Shown: positions 1-9,030 of the stretch, one piece after another
Layout of the letters: each line of letters opens with the position of its first letter
How positions within the stretch are numbered: the first letter of the stretch is position 1
Source of the DNA: Bacteroidales bacterium
Lineage (GTDB): Bacteria; Bacteroidota; Bacteroidia; Bacteroidales; WCHB1-69
DNA length: 64,000 nt
Assembly (NCBI GenBank): GCA_023229985.1
Contig: JALNYF010000002.1
Span: 3,537-67,536 of the forward strand
Direction: 5' to 3'
The notes under the pieces: generated by a model
Seen by the model: only the letters and a program-made list of their open reading frames with translations
Told to the model about the DNA's origin: nothing
Databases searched by the model: none
Made by a program: the position numbers and the translations under genes

Positions 1-269
1 TTTTCAACAAAAACAGGAGCTAAGAAATCCATGTCTTGAAACATATAAATTGTTCCTTCACCTGGCCACTGCGTACCAAATACTTTTGAAAAGATTGCTC
101 CGGCGAAAAACCCGTGAACGATGGGTTTCCCAAAAGGAGTTTTCGAAGCATAATCAGCATCAATGTGAATGGGGTTGTTATCGCCGGATATTTTAGCAAA
201 CATATCAACATCTGCTTGCCTATATCTAACGATTTGCGTGTAAGTTTCGCCTACTTTTATTTTGGTCAT
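1..269 (-). CDS. MaoC-family (R)-specific enoyl-CoA hydratase/dehydratase, N-terminal part; the gene runs off the left edge
   Basis: Open frame with no stop in the window, so it is absent from the ORF track. My translation from ATG at 269..267 is MTKIKVGETYTQIVRYRQADVDMFAKISGDNNPIHIDADYASKTPFGKPIVHGFFAGAIFSKVFGTQWPGEGTIYMFQDMDFLAPVFVE. The D-x-N-P-I-H and HG motifs are typical of hot-dog fold MaoC/PhaJ proteins. It starts 14 nt downstream of the thiolase stop. Confidence 0.7.
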   Translation of the reverse strand, partial: MTKIKVGETYTQIVRYRQADVDMFAKISGDNNPIHIDADYASKTPFGKPIVHGFFAGAIFSKVFGTQWPGEGTIYMFQDMDFLAPVFVE

Positions 270-282
270 ATCACATCAAGTA

Positions 283-1494
283 CTATAAGTTCGTGTTTTT
301 GACGATGATAGCATTTCCCATTCCTCCTCCAATACAGAGTGATGCAAGACCTAACTCTTTTTTAGATCTTAACATTTCATGAATGAGGGTCACAATGATT
401 CTACAGCCAGAAGCTCCAACAGGGTGTCCAAGTGCGATTGCTCCGCCATTCACATTACATCTTTCATTGATCCATTCAGGGGTAACATTATGATGTTCGC
501 AAAGTAATTTACGAACTCCAAGAGCTTGAGCTGCAAATGCTTCGTTGAGTTCAAACAGTTCAATATCTTTTAATTTTAATTCCGTTTTTGAAAGAGCAGA
601 TTTGATTGCCGGAATTGGCCCCAATCCCATTTTAGCAGGATCAACTCCTCCTTGACCAACAGCAACAATTTCTACTAAAGGTTTTAAATTATATTTTTTA
701 ACCGCAGATTCAGAAGCCAACATAACAAATGCTGCTCCATCATTAATCCCGGAAGCATTTCCAGCCGTAACTGTACCTGGATTTTGGAAAGCAGGTCTTA
801 ATGAAGAAAGTTTTTCTAAGGATGTTTCTCTGTTAGGGAATTCATCGTCTTCAAATATTTTCGTAACCTTTTTGATTTTAACTTCAATAGGGACAATTTC
901 ACTTTTAAATTTTCCACTGTCAACAGCCTTGATGGCTTTTTCTTGAGATTGGATAGACAAAATATCTTGTTCTTCTCTGCTAATTTCTAAATCTTTCGCA
1001 ATGTTTTCTGCAGTTATTCCCATATGAAGATTTGAAAATGCATCAGTCAAAGCATCCATAATCATGTGGTCTTTTACGGTGAAATCACCCATTTTATTGC
1101 CATTTCTTATTGTTGCAGGAATAATGAATCCGGCACCCGACATGCTTTCTGCTCCTCCCGCAATGATAATGTCGGCATTTCCAACTCGAATGGAATCAAA
1201 ACCGTTCATAACAGCTTTCATTCCACTACCACAAATCATATTGATACCATAAGCAGGAACTTCGTATGGTATTCCGGCATTCACTGAAATTTGACGAGCA
1301 ACACCTTGAAGCTGACCAGCCATCAAAACATTCCCAACAATCACTTCATCCACATCTGAAGCTTTAACTTTTGTGTCACTTAAAATTGTTTCAACTACTT
1401 TAGCTCCAAATGAAGCAACAGGAATAGTTGATAATGAACCTAAAAATTTTCCAATTGCAGTTCTTTTTGCTGCTACAATATATACTTTTTCCAT
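283..1494 (-). CDS. acetyl-CoA C-acetyltransferase (thiolase II)
   Basis: 403 aa. Thiolase signatures: acyl-enzyme Cys region NMICGSGMKAV, C-terminal NGGAIALGHPVGASGCRI and CIGGGMGNA. Confidence 0.9.
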   Translation of the reverse strand: MEKVYIVAAKRTAIGKFLGSLSTIPVASFGAKVVETILSDTKVKASDVDEVIVGNVLMAGQLQGVARQISVNAGIPYEVPAYGINMICGSGMKAVMNGFDSIRVGNADIIIAGGAESMSGAGFIIPATIRNGNKMGDFTVKDHMIMDALTDAFSNLHMGITAENIAKDLEISREEQDILSIQSQEKAIKAVDSGKFKSEIVPIEVKIKKVTKIFEDDEFPNRETSLEKLSSLRPAFQNPGTVTAGNASGINDGAAFVMLASESAVKKYNLKPLVEIVAVGQGGVDPAKMGLGPIPAIKSALSKTELKLKDIELFELNEAFAAQALGVRKLLCEHHNVTPEWINERCNVNGGAIALGHPVGASGCRIIVTLIHEMLRSKKELGLASLCIGGGMGNAIIVKNTNL

Positions 1495-1641
1495 TTACTT
1501 ATGTTTTTTAAATTAATATTTCTTATAAAAGTTTAGTTCAAAAAAGTCAATCATAATTGAAAATGAGTGTCGACTTTTTTAAAACATATCAATAATATTT
1601 TGAATATATCAGTTTTTATAGACGGGATTTATTATTTGTTT

Positions 1642-2304
1642 TTATGATAATTGCATTGGTTTTAAATCTTCTGCAATAATTAAAGTTGCTTCAGTAGCCT
1701 TTTGCACTTGTTCAACGGTAAATTCGGGGTTAATTTCTTTCAAAACGATGCCTTTTGGAGTGATTTCCATCACGCCCATTTCGGTAACGATAAGATTTAC
1801 CTGACCTTTTGCAGTAAGCGGCAAGGTGCATTTCTTTAATATTTTAGGACTTCCTTTAGCGGTATGTTCCATTGCCAAGATGACTTTTTTGGCACCGACG
1901 AGCAGGTCCATGGCACCGCCCATGCCGGGGGTTAATTTTCCGGGGATCATCCAGTTTGCCAAGTCGCCTTGTTCATCTACCTGCATAGCTCCCAAGATGG
2001 TAGCGTTCACGTGACCGCCGCGAATGATTCCGAAAGAGGTATCGGAGCCGAAACTTGCTGCACCCGGGAGTGCCGTAATGTAACCGCCGCCCGCATTCAC
2101 CAAGTTTTCATCTTCTTCGCCCTCGGCCGGAGTGGGTCCCATACCCAATAATCCATTTTCGGATTGTAACGTAACGTGCACATCTTGAGCTAAATAGTTC
2201 GGAACTAAGGTCGGTAACCCGATTCCTAAATTGACAACGTCGCCATCGTGAAGCTCCATGGCTACGCGTTTGGCAATGACCTCTCTAATTTGATTTTTAT
2301 CCAT
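1642..2304 (-). CDS. 3-oxoacid / acetate CoA-transferase, subunit B
   Basis: 220 aa. Family I CoA-transferase beta-subunit motifs: catalytic Glu in LQSENGLLGMGP, and GMGGAMDL. Confidence 0.85.
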   Translation of the reverse strand: MDKNQIREVIAKRVAMELHDGDVVNLGIGLPTLVPNYLAQDVHVTLQSENGLLGMGPTPAEGEEDENLVNAGGGYITALPGAASFGSDTSFGIIRGGHVNATILGAMQVDEQGDLANWMIPGKLTPGMGGAMDLLVGAKKVILAMEHTAKGSPKILKKCTLPLTAKGQVNLIVTEMGVMEITPKGIVLKEINPEFTVEQVQKATEATLIIAEDLKPMQLS

Positions 2305-2415
2305 GAAAATTAGTTTTATGTTTATATTTTATAATATTTTTTGTGACATAATTACTTTATTATCACGCCGTTTCCTATTAATTACGAGCGCGTGAACCTA
2401 CCTCCAATTAGCGTG

Positions 2416-2423
2416 CAAAGGTA
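2416..2423 (-). promoter_or_regulatory. candidate Bacteroidota -7 box (TACCTTTG on the minus strand) for the CoA-transferase B / thiolase / MaoC genes
   Basis: The plus strand reads CAAAGGTA. On the minus strand it is followed by CACGCT, the same extension seen at 12264 and 57335. About 110 nt upstream of the ATG at 2304. Confidence 0.45.
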
Positions 2424-2474
2424 AGTAAAACTTTTGAAATAAGGGATACCCATTCAATATTTTTTTCTTTTGTA

Positions 2475-2936
2475 TCAAGGCAATGACTCATTTTTTATCA
2501 TTTCCATGTACGGGAGCTCTTTATAGCCGCATTTGAGGTACATTTTGATGGCTTCTTCATTCTCTTTTTCTACTTCCAACCTCAAAACGCAATTCGGAAA
2601 TCTCTTTTCGATATCATCAAAAAAATAGCTTCCGATTCCCTGCCCGCGATATTCAGGTTTTAGATAAAGGTCTTCTATCCAGATACATAACTTGCCAAAT
2701 TCGGTAGAAAAGCTCTTGGCAATCATCGCATATCCTTGAATTATTCCTTGATTTTCAAAAATAAAACCCTCTAAGAAAGGGCAATCGTTGATGCAGTTAC
2801 GGATGTCGTTTTGAAAAATTTCATTTGAGCCGTTGCTCAAAACTGCGGGCGAAGCATAGAAAACCTGCATCATTTTCATGACTGCCGCTTCGTCGCCGGC
2901 AACCATCGCTCGAATAGTTGTAATTGCTTGTTTCAT
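2475..2936 (-). CDS. GNAT family N-acetyltransferase
   Basis: 153 aa. Acetyl-CoA binding motif A (YRGQGIGSYFFDDIE). Size is typical of single-domain GNATs. TGA stop. Confidence 0.75.
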   Translation of the reverse strand: MKQAITTIRAMVAGDEAAVMKMMQVFYASPAVLSNGSNEIFQNDIRNCINDCPFLEGFIFENQGIIQGYAMIAKSFSTEFGKLCIWIEDLYLKPEYRGQGIGSYFFDDIEKRFPNCVLRLEVEKENEEAIKMYLKCGYKELPYMEMIKNESLP

Positions 2937-3362
2937 AAAAGTTGATAATCTTATTATGTTGAAGGAGCATTTTTTATTAATAGGTTGGATACGAACTACA
3001 AGAATTGAAGGAGTTGGATAGTTTTCAGCGTTCCTATTGAATCGGCAAAGTTACGAATAATAACGATGTATATTGGGGAGAAACTTCATTTTTGAGACAA
3101 AATTTGAATATGGAAGAACCATTAAATGATTTCTACCACTATTTGCATTCGGGATTATCATCTCGTCTTGATTGTTTTGTTACTTTGTATCATTAGAGAA
3201 AGTAAAGAAAAGAGAGATTTAATGACTTAAAAACAAATAATTTCTAATTATCTTGCATCATTAAAATTTTAAGTAAATAAAACAACCAAAGATGTACTTT
3301 TTTGCTCTCATTTAAGGATGAATATATTTTCAATTATGTGTTCAAGATTACAAAAAATCACG

Positions 3363-3370
3363 TACATTTG
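3363..3370 (+). promoter_or_regulatory. candidate -7 box TACATTTG for the S8 peptidase operon
   Basis: Matches the Bacteroidota TAnnTTTG consensus, 20 nt upstream of the ATG at 3390, and lies inside the longer track ORF that starts at 3318. Followed by CAGCCTCAAA, identical to the tRNA-Pro promoter region. Confidence 0.55.
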
Positions 3371-3389
3371 CAGCCTCAAAAAATATGGT

Positions 3390-5069
3390 ATGAAAAGAAT
3401 AGTTTTAACGATTGGTCTTCTTTTTTCATTATGGTTGGTGAGCGCGCAAGCACCGGCAAAATATTGGGTACAGTTTAAAGATAAAGCTCATTCCACGTAC
3501 TCTGTTGACCGCCCGTCGGAGTTCCTATCCGATCGTGCTATACAAAAAAGACAAAAATTCAATATCTCTATCACAGAGCAAGATTTGCCTGTCAGTCAGC
3601 ATTATATCAAGGAATTACTCTCCATTGATTCTACCATGGTGCTTTTTACGCAGTCGAAATGGTTGAATGGTGTGACAGTTTATTGTGTAACGGAAAACAT
3701 AGCGGAAAAGATTAGTAGTTTGCCTTTTGTAGTTGCTTGTGAGCGGACCATTTCGATGAAAAAAGTGGAGAATTTTGATTATCCGTATTATGAGTATAAA
3801 CAAGGAAAGTTAGCTAGCGAGCCCATTATTAAGGGTCACAATTTTGATTATGGCTATTCCGAATTTCAGATGGCAGTTAATAATGCGCAGTGGTTGCACA
3901 GAATCGGTGCTTGTGGCGAGGGCATGTTGATGGTAGTGATGGATGCCGGTTTTTGCAATGTTCCTAAAATTGGACATTTTGATGCGCTTCGTCAGGAAGG
4001 ACGGCTGTTGGGCGTTCGCAATTTTGTGCAACCCGGGCGTACTGTTTTTGGCTCCGAATCGCATGGAACGAATGTATTGTCCTGCATTGCTTCCTATAAA
4101 CCCGGCGAATTGATAGGAACGGCTCCGAAAGCATCGTTCTTTTTAGCTCAAACTGAAGACAGCCGTACCGAGAATTTAGTTGAAGAAGATAATTGGGTTG
4201 CTGGCGTTGAATGGGCAGACAGTTTGGGTTGCGATGTACTTAACTCTTCATTAGGGTACACGAAATTTGATGATACCCTCGTAAAACGCAGTTTCGAGGA
4301 TTTGAACGGAAAGGTAAGCCGCGCTTCGCAAGCCGCTACCATCGCCGCATCGAAAGGAATGATTATCTGCAAAAGTGCCGGAAATGAAGGTAGCGGCGAT
4401 TGGCATTATCTCGGTTTCCCGGCTGATGCTCAAGATGTTATTACTGTGGGAGCTGTCGATTACCAAGGACAACCGGCTTCTTTTTCATCGTTCGGCCCTA
4501 CTGCCGACGGTCGCGTAAAGCCCGATGCAGCTGCTGTTGGACAAAATACCTTTGTTTGTAATATCAACGGGTATACCGACAACGCAAGTGGAACGTCCTT
4601 CTCATCACCACTTTTATCGGGTATGGTTACCTGTCTCTGGCAATTATTCCCCGATAAATCCAATTATGAAATTATGGAGGCCGTTCGTCTTAGTGGAGCG
4701 AATTATTTACATCCAACAGCCGAATTGGGCTACGGAATTACCAATTTCCTGGTGGCACATAACTATCTAGCTCAATCCGCTTCCAAGGAGGATTTGGTGT
4801 TTCTTTTCGTCAATAGCGTAACCCGAAAATCTTCGGTGGGAGTATATTTGAAATCAAACAATACGACCGATTTTACCGTTGATTTGTCTTTATTAGGTAG
4901 TGACAAAATTATTCATAAAGAATACACCATTAAACGCGGGCAAGAAAAGAGTCTAAAACTTAAAGTGCCTAAATTGCCCAAAGGTGAAAATAATGCTTTG
5001 GTTATAGTTAAAGTGAATGATTTGACTTGTCAAACTTCTTACGTGATGTATCTTGGTTTGGTTAAATAG
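3390..5069 (+). CDS. secreted S8 family (subtilisin-like) serine peptidase
   Basis: Catalytic triad contexts VVMDAGF (Asp), SHGTNVLS (His) and SGTSFSSPLLSG (Ser). I prefer the start at M25 of the track ORF (MKRIVLTIGLLFSLWLVSAQA is a signal peptide), because the -7 box lies inside the longer ORF. Confidence 0.85.
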   Translation: MKRIVLTIGLLFSLWLVSAQAPAKYWVQFKDKAHSTYSVDRPSEFLSDRAIQKRQKFNISITEQDLPVSQHYIKELLSIDSTMVLFTQSKWLNGVTVYCVTENIAEKISSLPFVVACERTISMKKVENFDYPYYEYKQGKLASEPIIKGHNFDYGYSEFQMAVNNAQWLHRIGACGEGMLMVVMDAGFCNVPKIGHFDALRQEGRLLGVRNFVQPGRTVFGSESHGTNVLSCIASYKPGELIGTAPKASFFLAQTEDSRTENLVEEDNWVAGVEWADSLGCDVLNSSLGYTKFDDTLVKRSFEDLNGKVSRASQAATIAASKGMIICKSAGNEGSGDWHYLGFPADAQDVITVGAVDYQGQPASFSSFGPTADGRVKPDAAAVGQNTFVCNINGYTDNASGTSFSSPLLSGMVTCLWQLFPDKSNYEIMEAVRLSGANYLHPTAELGYGITNFLVAHNYLAQSASKEDLVFLFVNSVTRKSSVGVYLKSNNTTDFTVDLSLLGSDKIIHKEYTIKRGQEKSLKLKVPKLPKGENNALVIVKVNDLTCQTSYVMYLGLVK

Positions 5070-5095
5070 TATTAAGAAATTTTTAGATTGTATCA

Positions 5096-6580
5096 ATGAA
5101 AAAAATAGTAATTCTTCTCTTCGTATTTTTAGCTTCAATAGAGCTTAACGGACAATATTTGTTGGGTATCTTGAATTATAATGCTTTCTCTACGGCAAAG
5201 ATGGAATCCTTCATCGAATTTCAATTTATGATTGATGGGAAAACAACCCGCTATGTTTTAAATGAAAATCATAAATATTTTTCGGAAGTCGAAATAATCG
5301 TGAATATCAATCAAAAAAAATCGGCGTTGCAGAAAGATTCTTTGATAGAAACCATTCATTATATATTGATGAGTGAAGAATTTGAAGATTCTATACAAAA
5401 AACCAAGCCCTATTTTATGGATATTCAAAATGTTAAAGTTCCGAACGGCGATTATGAGCTTAGCTTTTACATTAAAGATGTGCACGATACAACGAAAGTG
5501 ATTAAATATATTGACTTTTTGCAGGTTCATTTTCCGAAGGACAAAATTGGTTTATCGGGTTTATCCTTGTGGCAAACGTTTAATGCAACGGGCGAGGGCG
5601 GCATTTACGATAAATACGGCTATTCGGTAACGCCTTTGTTTAATAATTTCGCGCCCGAATCGGTGTATGCTTTACCGATAACGCTCGAAATTTATAATGC
5701 CCAAAAAATCTTTGGAGATGATGCCGATTTTCTGGTTAGAGCGTCAATTGTTCCTGCTGACTTGTTTATCCGCGGGGACAAGGAATATGTTGAATACCGC
5801 AAGATGAAGTCTAAAGAGGTGATAGTCTTTTTACATCAATTCAATATTTTTGGCTTATCATCGGGAAATTATAACGTGGTAGTGGAAATATTAGATATCG
5901 ATTCCAATGTGATGGGAAAGGCAAGTGCCTTTTTGCAACGCAGTAATCCATCGGTGAAATTGGATTTAAAGAATTATGATAACGTAATCATTGATAGTAC
6001 TTTTGTGGAAAAAATTACCGATATGAAGGTGATGCAGGAGTATGTTGCTTCGTTATATCCGATTGGCACGGTTACAGAACAAGAGTTCTTTTATCAGCGC
6101 ATGAAAAATGTTCCGATTGAACGATTGCAAAAATTCTTTTATTCTTTCTGGGCGAAACGCTCACCCACCGACCCGCAAGGAGCGTGGGAGGCGTATCATA
6201 AAAAAGTGCAATATGTCCAAGCACATTATGGAAGTCCGGTTATACAAGGCTTTCGCACCGACCGCGGACGCGTTTACCTCAAATATGGCGAACCTACCAG
6301 CGTTACCGAAGTCCCCTTTGACCCACAGTCTTATCCTTATGAAATATGGCACTATTATGTGATTGGGGAACAAACCAACGTGAAATTTATCTTCTATAAT
6401 CGCGACTTGATATCCAATAACTATGAATTGCTGCATTCCGATATGATTGGGGAAACTTATGACCCTGCTTGGCAAATGAGATTGGTTAAGCGCCTCGATC
6501 CTTCTGCGAATCCCGACGTTACTAAGCCGAATGATTATTGGGGAGGTGAGGCAGATGATCAATATCGTTACAATAAATAG
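5096..6580 (+). CDS. GWxTD domain-containing secreted protein
   Basis: 494 aa with a signal peptide (MKKIVILLFVFLASIELNG). The C-terminal region GFRTDRGRVYLKYGEPTSVTEVPFDPQSYPYEIWHYY matches the GWxTD domain pattern, with F in place of W. 26 nt after the S8 gene. Confidence 0.65.
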   Translation: MKKIVILLFVFLASIELNGQYLLGILNYNAFSTAKMESFIEFQFMIDGKTTRYVLNENHKYFSEVEIIVNINQKKSALQKDSLIETIHYILMSEEFEDSIQKTKPYFMDIQNVKVPNGDYELSFYIKDVHDTTKVIKYIDFLQVHFPKDKIGLSGLSLWQTFNATGEGGIYDKYGYSVTPLFNNFAPESVYALPITLEIYNAQKIFGDDADFLVRASIVPADLFIRGDKEYVEYRKMKSKEVIVFLHQFNIFGLSSGNYNVVVEILDIDSNVMGKASAFLQRSNPSVKLDLKNYDNVIIDSTFVEKITDMKVMQEYVASLYPIGTVTEQEFFYQRMKNVPIERLQKFFYSFWAKRSPTDPQGAWEAYHKKVQYVQAHYGSPVIQGFRTDRGRVYLKYGEPTSVTEVPFDPQSYPYEIWHYYVIGEQTNVKFIFYNRDLISNNYELLHSDMIGETYDPAWQMRLVKRLDPSANPDVTKPNDYWGGEADDQYRYNK

Positions 6581-6586
6581 TTCGCT

Positions 6587-7177
6587 ATGAAGCGCCTTTT
6601 CGATGTCTCTGCTTCGGTTTTCGCATGCCTGCTTCTTTTGCCTTTCTTTTTTGTGATTTCTTTGATAATAATGCTGGAATCAAGAGGCGGTATTTATTAT
6701 TCTCAACAAAGAGTAGGGAAGAATAATAAGGATTTTAAATTGCTGAAATTCAGAACTATGAGAGTTGGATCTGATCAACATGGTTTGCTGACCGTTGGCG
6801 ATAAAGACGCACGTATTACCCGTTTTGGCTATTTCCTCCGAAAATTCAAATTGGACGAATTGCCGCAACTCTTCAATATTCTCAAGGGTGACATGAGTAT
6901 TGTCGGACCAAGACCGGAAGTGAGAAAGTATGTGGATTTATACGATGTTCGGCAGCGTCAGGTTCTCTCTGTTCTGCCGGGGTTGACCGATTATGCCTCT
7001 TTGGCTTATATTTCTGAAAGTGAAATCTTGTCCGCCAGCGATGATCCCGAACAAACCTATATTGATGAAATTATGCCGCGCAAAATTGAACTTAACTTGA
7101 AATATATTCAAAATCAAGGAATGATCGAAGATTTGAAAATTATTTTTAAAACGCTGTTCTCAATTTTGAAAAAATAG
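6587..7177 (+). CDS. small monotopic phosphoglycosyl transferase (bacterial sugar transferase family, PglC/WbaP C-terminal type)
   Basis: 196 aa. N-terminal re-entrant helix KRLFDVSASVFACLLLLPFFFVISLIIML, then KFRTM and DELPQLFNILKGDMSIVGPRPE motifs. Starts 6 nt after the GWxTD gene. Confidence 0.85.
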   Translation: MKRLFDVSASVFACLLLLPFFFVISLIIMLESRGGIYYSQQRVGKNNKDFKLLKFRTMRVGSDQHGLLTVGDKDARITRFGYFLRKFKLDELPQLFNILKGDMSIVGPRPEVRKYVDLYDVRQRQVLSVLPGLTDYASLAYISESEILSASDDPEQTYIDEIMPRKIELNLKYIQNQGMIEDLKIIFKTLFSILKK

Positions 7178-7193
7178 ACTTATCAATATTTGT

Positions 7194-7964
7194 TTAGATT
7201 TTTGTAAAAATCCGCTCAACATTCAGTGTGGTGATTTCAGCCACTTTTTCAACGGAAGTTTCAAAGATGTCAGCAATTTTATTGGCAATGAGGGGAATTT
7301 TATCACTTTCGTTTCGCTGTCCGCGATAAGGGGTAGGGGATAAAAACGGGGCGTCGGTTTCCAATGCAATATTCTCTAAACCAACATGTTTAACAATATC
7401 TTGTAGTTTGTTGTTCTTGAATGTAACCACTCCGCCTATCCCTAAAATAAACCCGAATTTAATTGCCCACTCTGCTTCTTGAATGCCGCCTGAAAAACAG
7501 TGCAGAATACCTTTCAGTCCGCAATGTTCAAATTGTTTAAGAATCTCCAAAGATTCGTTATAGGCGTCGCGAATGTGAATGGAAAGAGGAAGTCCCGTCT
7601 CTTTTGCCCACTGTAGTTGGGTATAAAAGCACTCTTTTTGTGCGTCTAAAAAGTCGCTGTCGTGAAATAAATCAATTCCGATTTCGCCAATTCCAACCAC
7701 GCGCGAATCGTTCAGATAAGTATGCAGAATTGCCAATTCTTCTCGATAGTTTTCGGCGACATCGGTTGGATGCAACCCAATGAGCGGGAACAAGTGCGTG
7801 GGATATGCATCTGTCGCTTCAAATATGTCGTTGAGCGTGGGTGTGGAAACGGAAGGTAAAATGACTTTAGTTACATTCGCATCAATGGCGCGCTGAATCA
7901 CTTCCGCTAAATCGTCAGGATAATATTCTTTGTAAAGATGTGCGTGAGAATCAATAAAATACAT
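7194..7964 (-). CDS. TatD family metal-dependent hydrolase/DNase
   Basis: 256 aa. N-terminal FIDSHAHL metal-binding motif. Length and internal His/Asp/Glu pattern are typical of TatD. Confidence 0.85.
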   Translation of the reverse strand: MYFIDSHAHLYKEYYPDDLAEVIQRAIDANVTKVILPSVSTPTLNDIFEATDAYPTHLFPLIGLHPTDVAENYREELAILHTYLNDSRVVGIGEIGIDLFHDSDFLDAQKECFYTQLQWAKETGLPLSIHIRDAYNESLEILKQFEHCGLKGILHCFSGGIQEAEWAIKFGFILGIGGVVTFKNNKLQDIVKHVGLENIALETDAPFLSPTPYRGQRNESDKIPLIANKIADIFETSVEKVAEITTLNVERIFTKI

Positions 7965-7967
7965 GAA

Positions 7968-8486
7968 CTATTGAATACCTAATTTGAGTTTTACTTGAGC
8001 AGTAATGTCTTCACTATCTGCATAGAATGAGAGAGAAGCGGTATCAAAAATGTAGGTATAATGATTCTCTTTGCCGATTTCGGTGATGGCATCTTTCAAT
8101 CTTTTTTGAATGGGTGCCAATAGTTCGCTTTGTTTAGTCAGAAGAGTATTTTGTGCTGTCTCTGAGAAGGTTTGTATGCGGGTGTACATTGTTTCCAATT
8201 CTTGTTGCTTGACTTGTGCAACAGCTTGAGAATAAGTGGCTTGTTTACGATTAAAATCTTCGTATTTCGTTTGAAATTCGTTTTGCATTTGAGTTGCTTC
8301 AGCTTCTAATTCAGCTCTTAGTTGATTAATTTGGTTTTGAGCCGTATCAACTCCCGGCATGGATAAAAGCATGGCTTCGTAGTCTAAATGTCCAAATTTA
8401 ACTTTCCCCTGTGCTGATAAATTTACGGCAGACGAGCTAAGAATGAGAACCGCGATGAAGCAAATATATTGAATGTTTTTTTTCAT
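7968..8486 (-). CDS. OmpH/Skp family periplasmic chaperone (copy 3)
   Basis: 172 aa. Signal peptide, coiled-coil Q/E-rich middle, conserved ends (FGHLDYEAML..., ...YTYIFD). Lies downstream of bamA. Confidence 0.8.
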   Translation of the reverse strand: MKKNIQYICFIAVLILSSSAVNLSAQGKVKFGHLDYEAMLLSMPGVDTAQNQINQLRAELEAEATQMQNEFQTKYEDFNRKQATYSQAVAQVKQQELETMYTRIQTFSETAQNTLLTKQSELLAPIQKRLKDAITEIGKENHYTYIFDTASLSFYADSEDITAQVKLKLGIQ

Positions 8487-8501
8487 ATCCGATGAGGTAA
8501 A

Positions 8502-9002
8502 TTATTTTAAGATTCCGAGTTTCTTTTTCACTAAGGGAGTAATATCCTCACCGCCGTCAGCATATAACAAGGTGGCTTGTTCAAAAACGTAAGTAAAACC
8601 GTTTTCTTTGGAAACTGCTGTGATTGCCTCTTTAATTTTATCTTCAAAAGGTTGCATCAGTTCAATTTGTTTGGCTTGTAAATCGTTTTGGGCGTTATTT
8701 TGAAACTCTTGAATTCTATTTTGGAGGTCAATTAATTCTTGTTCGCGAAGTTTGCGCACGGCTTGAGACATTGTGCCGGCTTCTTGGTCGAATTTTGCGG
8801 TTTTAGCTTGAAGGTCAGCCACCATAGTGTTTCCATATTCTCTTAATTCATTTTGAAAGGCTTCAAATTTGATTTTAATAGAGTCAGTCCCGGGCATAAC
8901 ATCAAAAACAGCTTGGGAATTGATATGACCGTACTTTTGAGCTTGAACAGTAAAAGTACCCAACAAAAGGGCGGCGAACAGTAATAATAATGATTTTTTC
9001 AT
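8502..9002 (-). CDS. OmpH/Skp family periplasmic chaperone (copy 2)
   Basis: 166 aa. Signal peptide and the same architecture (YGHINSQAVFDVMPG..., ...FTYVFE). Confidence 0.8.
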   Translation of the reverse strand: MKKSLLLLFAALLLGTFTVQAQKYGHINSQAVFDVMPGTDSIKIKFEAFQNELREYGNTMVADLQAKTAKFDQEAGTMSQAVRKLREQELIDLQNRIQEFQNNAQNDLQAKQIELMQPFEDKIKEAITAVSKENGFTYVFEQATLLYADGGEDITPLVKKKLGILK

Positions 9003-9030
9003 AATTGATTATAAATGATTGAGTTATAAA

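Noticed and set aside
3318-3389. Longer N-terminal extensions offered by the ORF track for the S8 peptidase (3318), the LpxL-like gene (to 17774), the PCMD-like lipoprotein (to 29565) and the TPR lipoprotein (to 43263)
   Set aside because: In each case an internal Met starts a proper signal peptide, lipobox or TM helix. The extension either overlaps the upstream gene or contains the promoter box, so the shorter starts were chosen.
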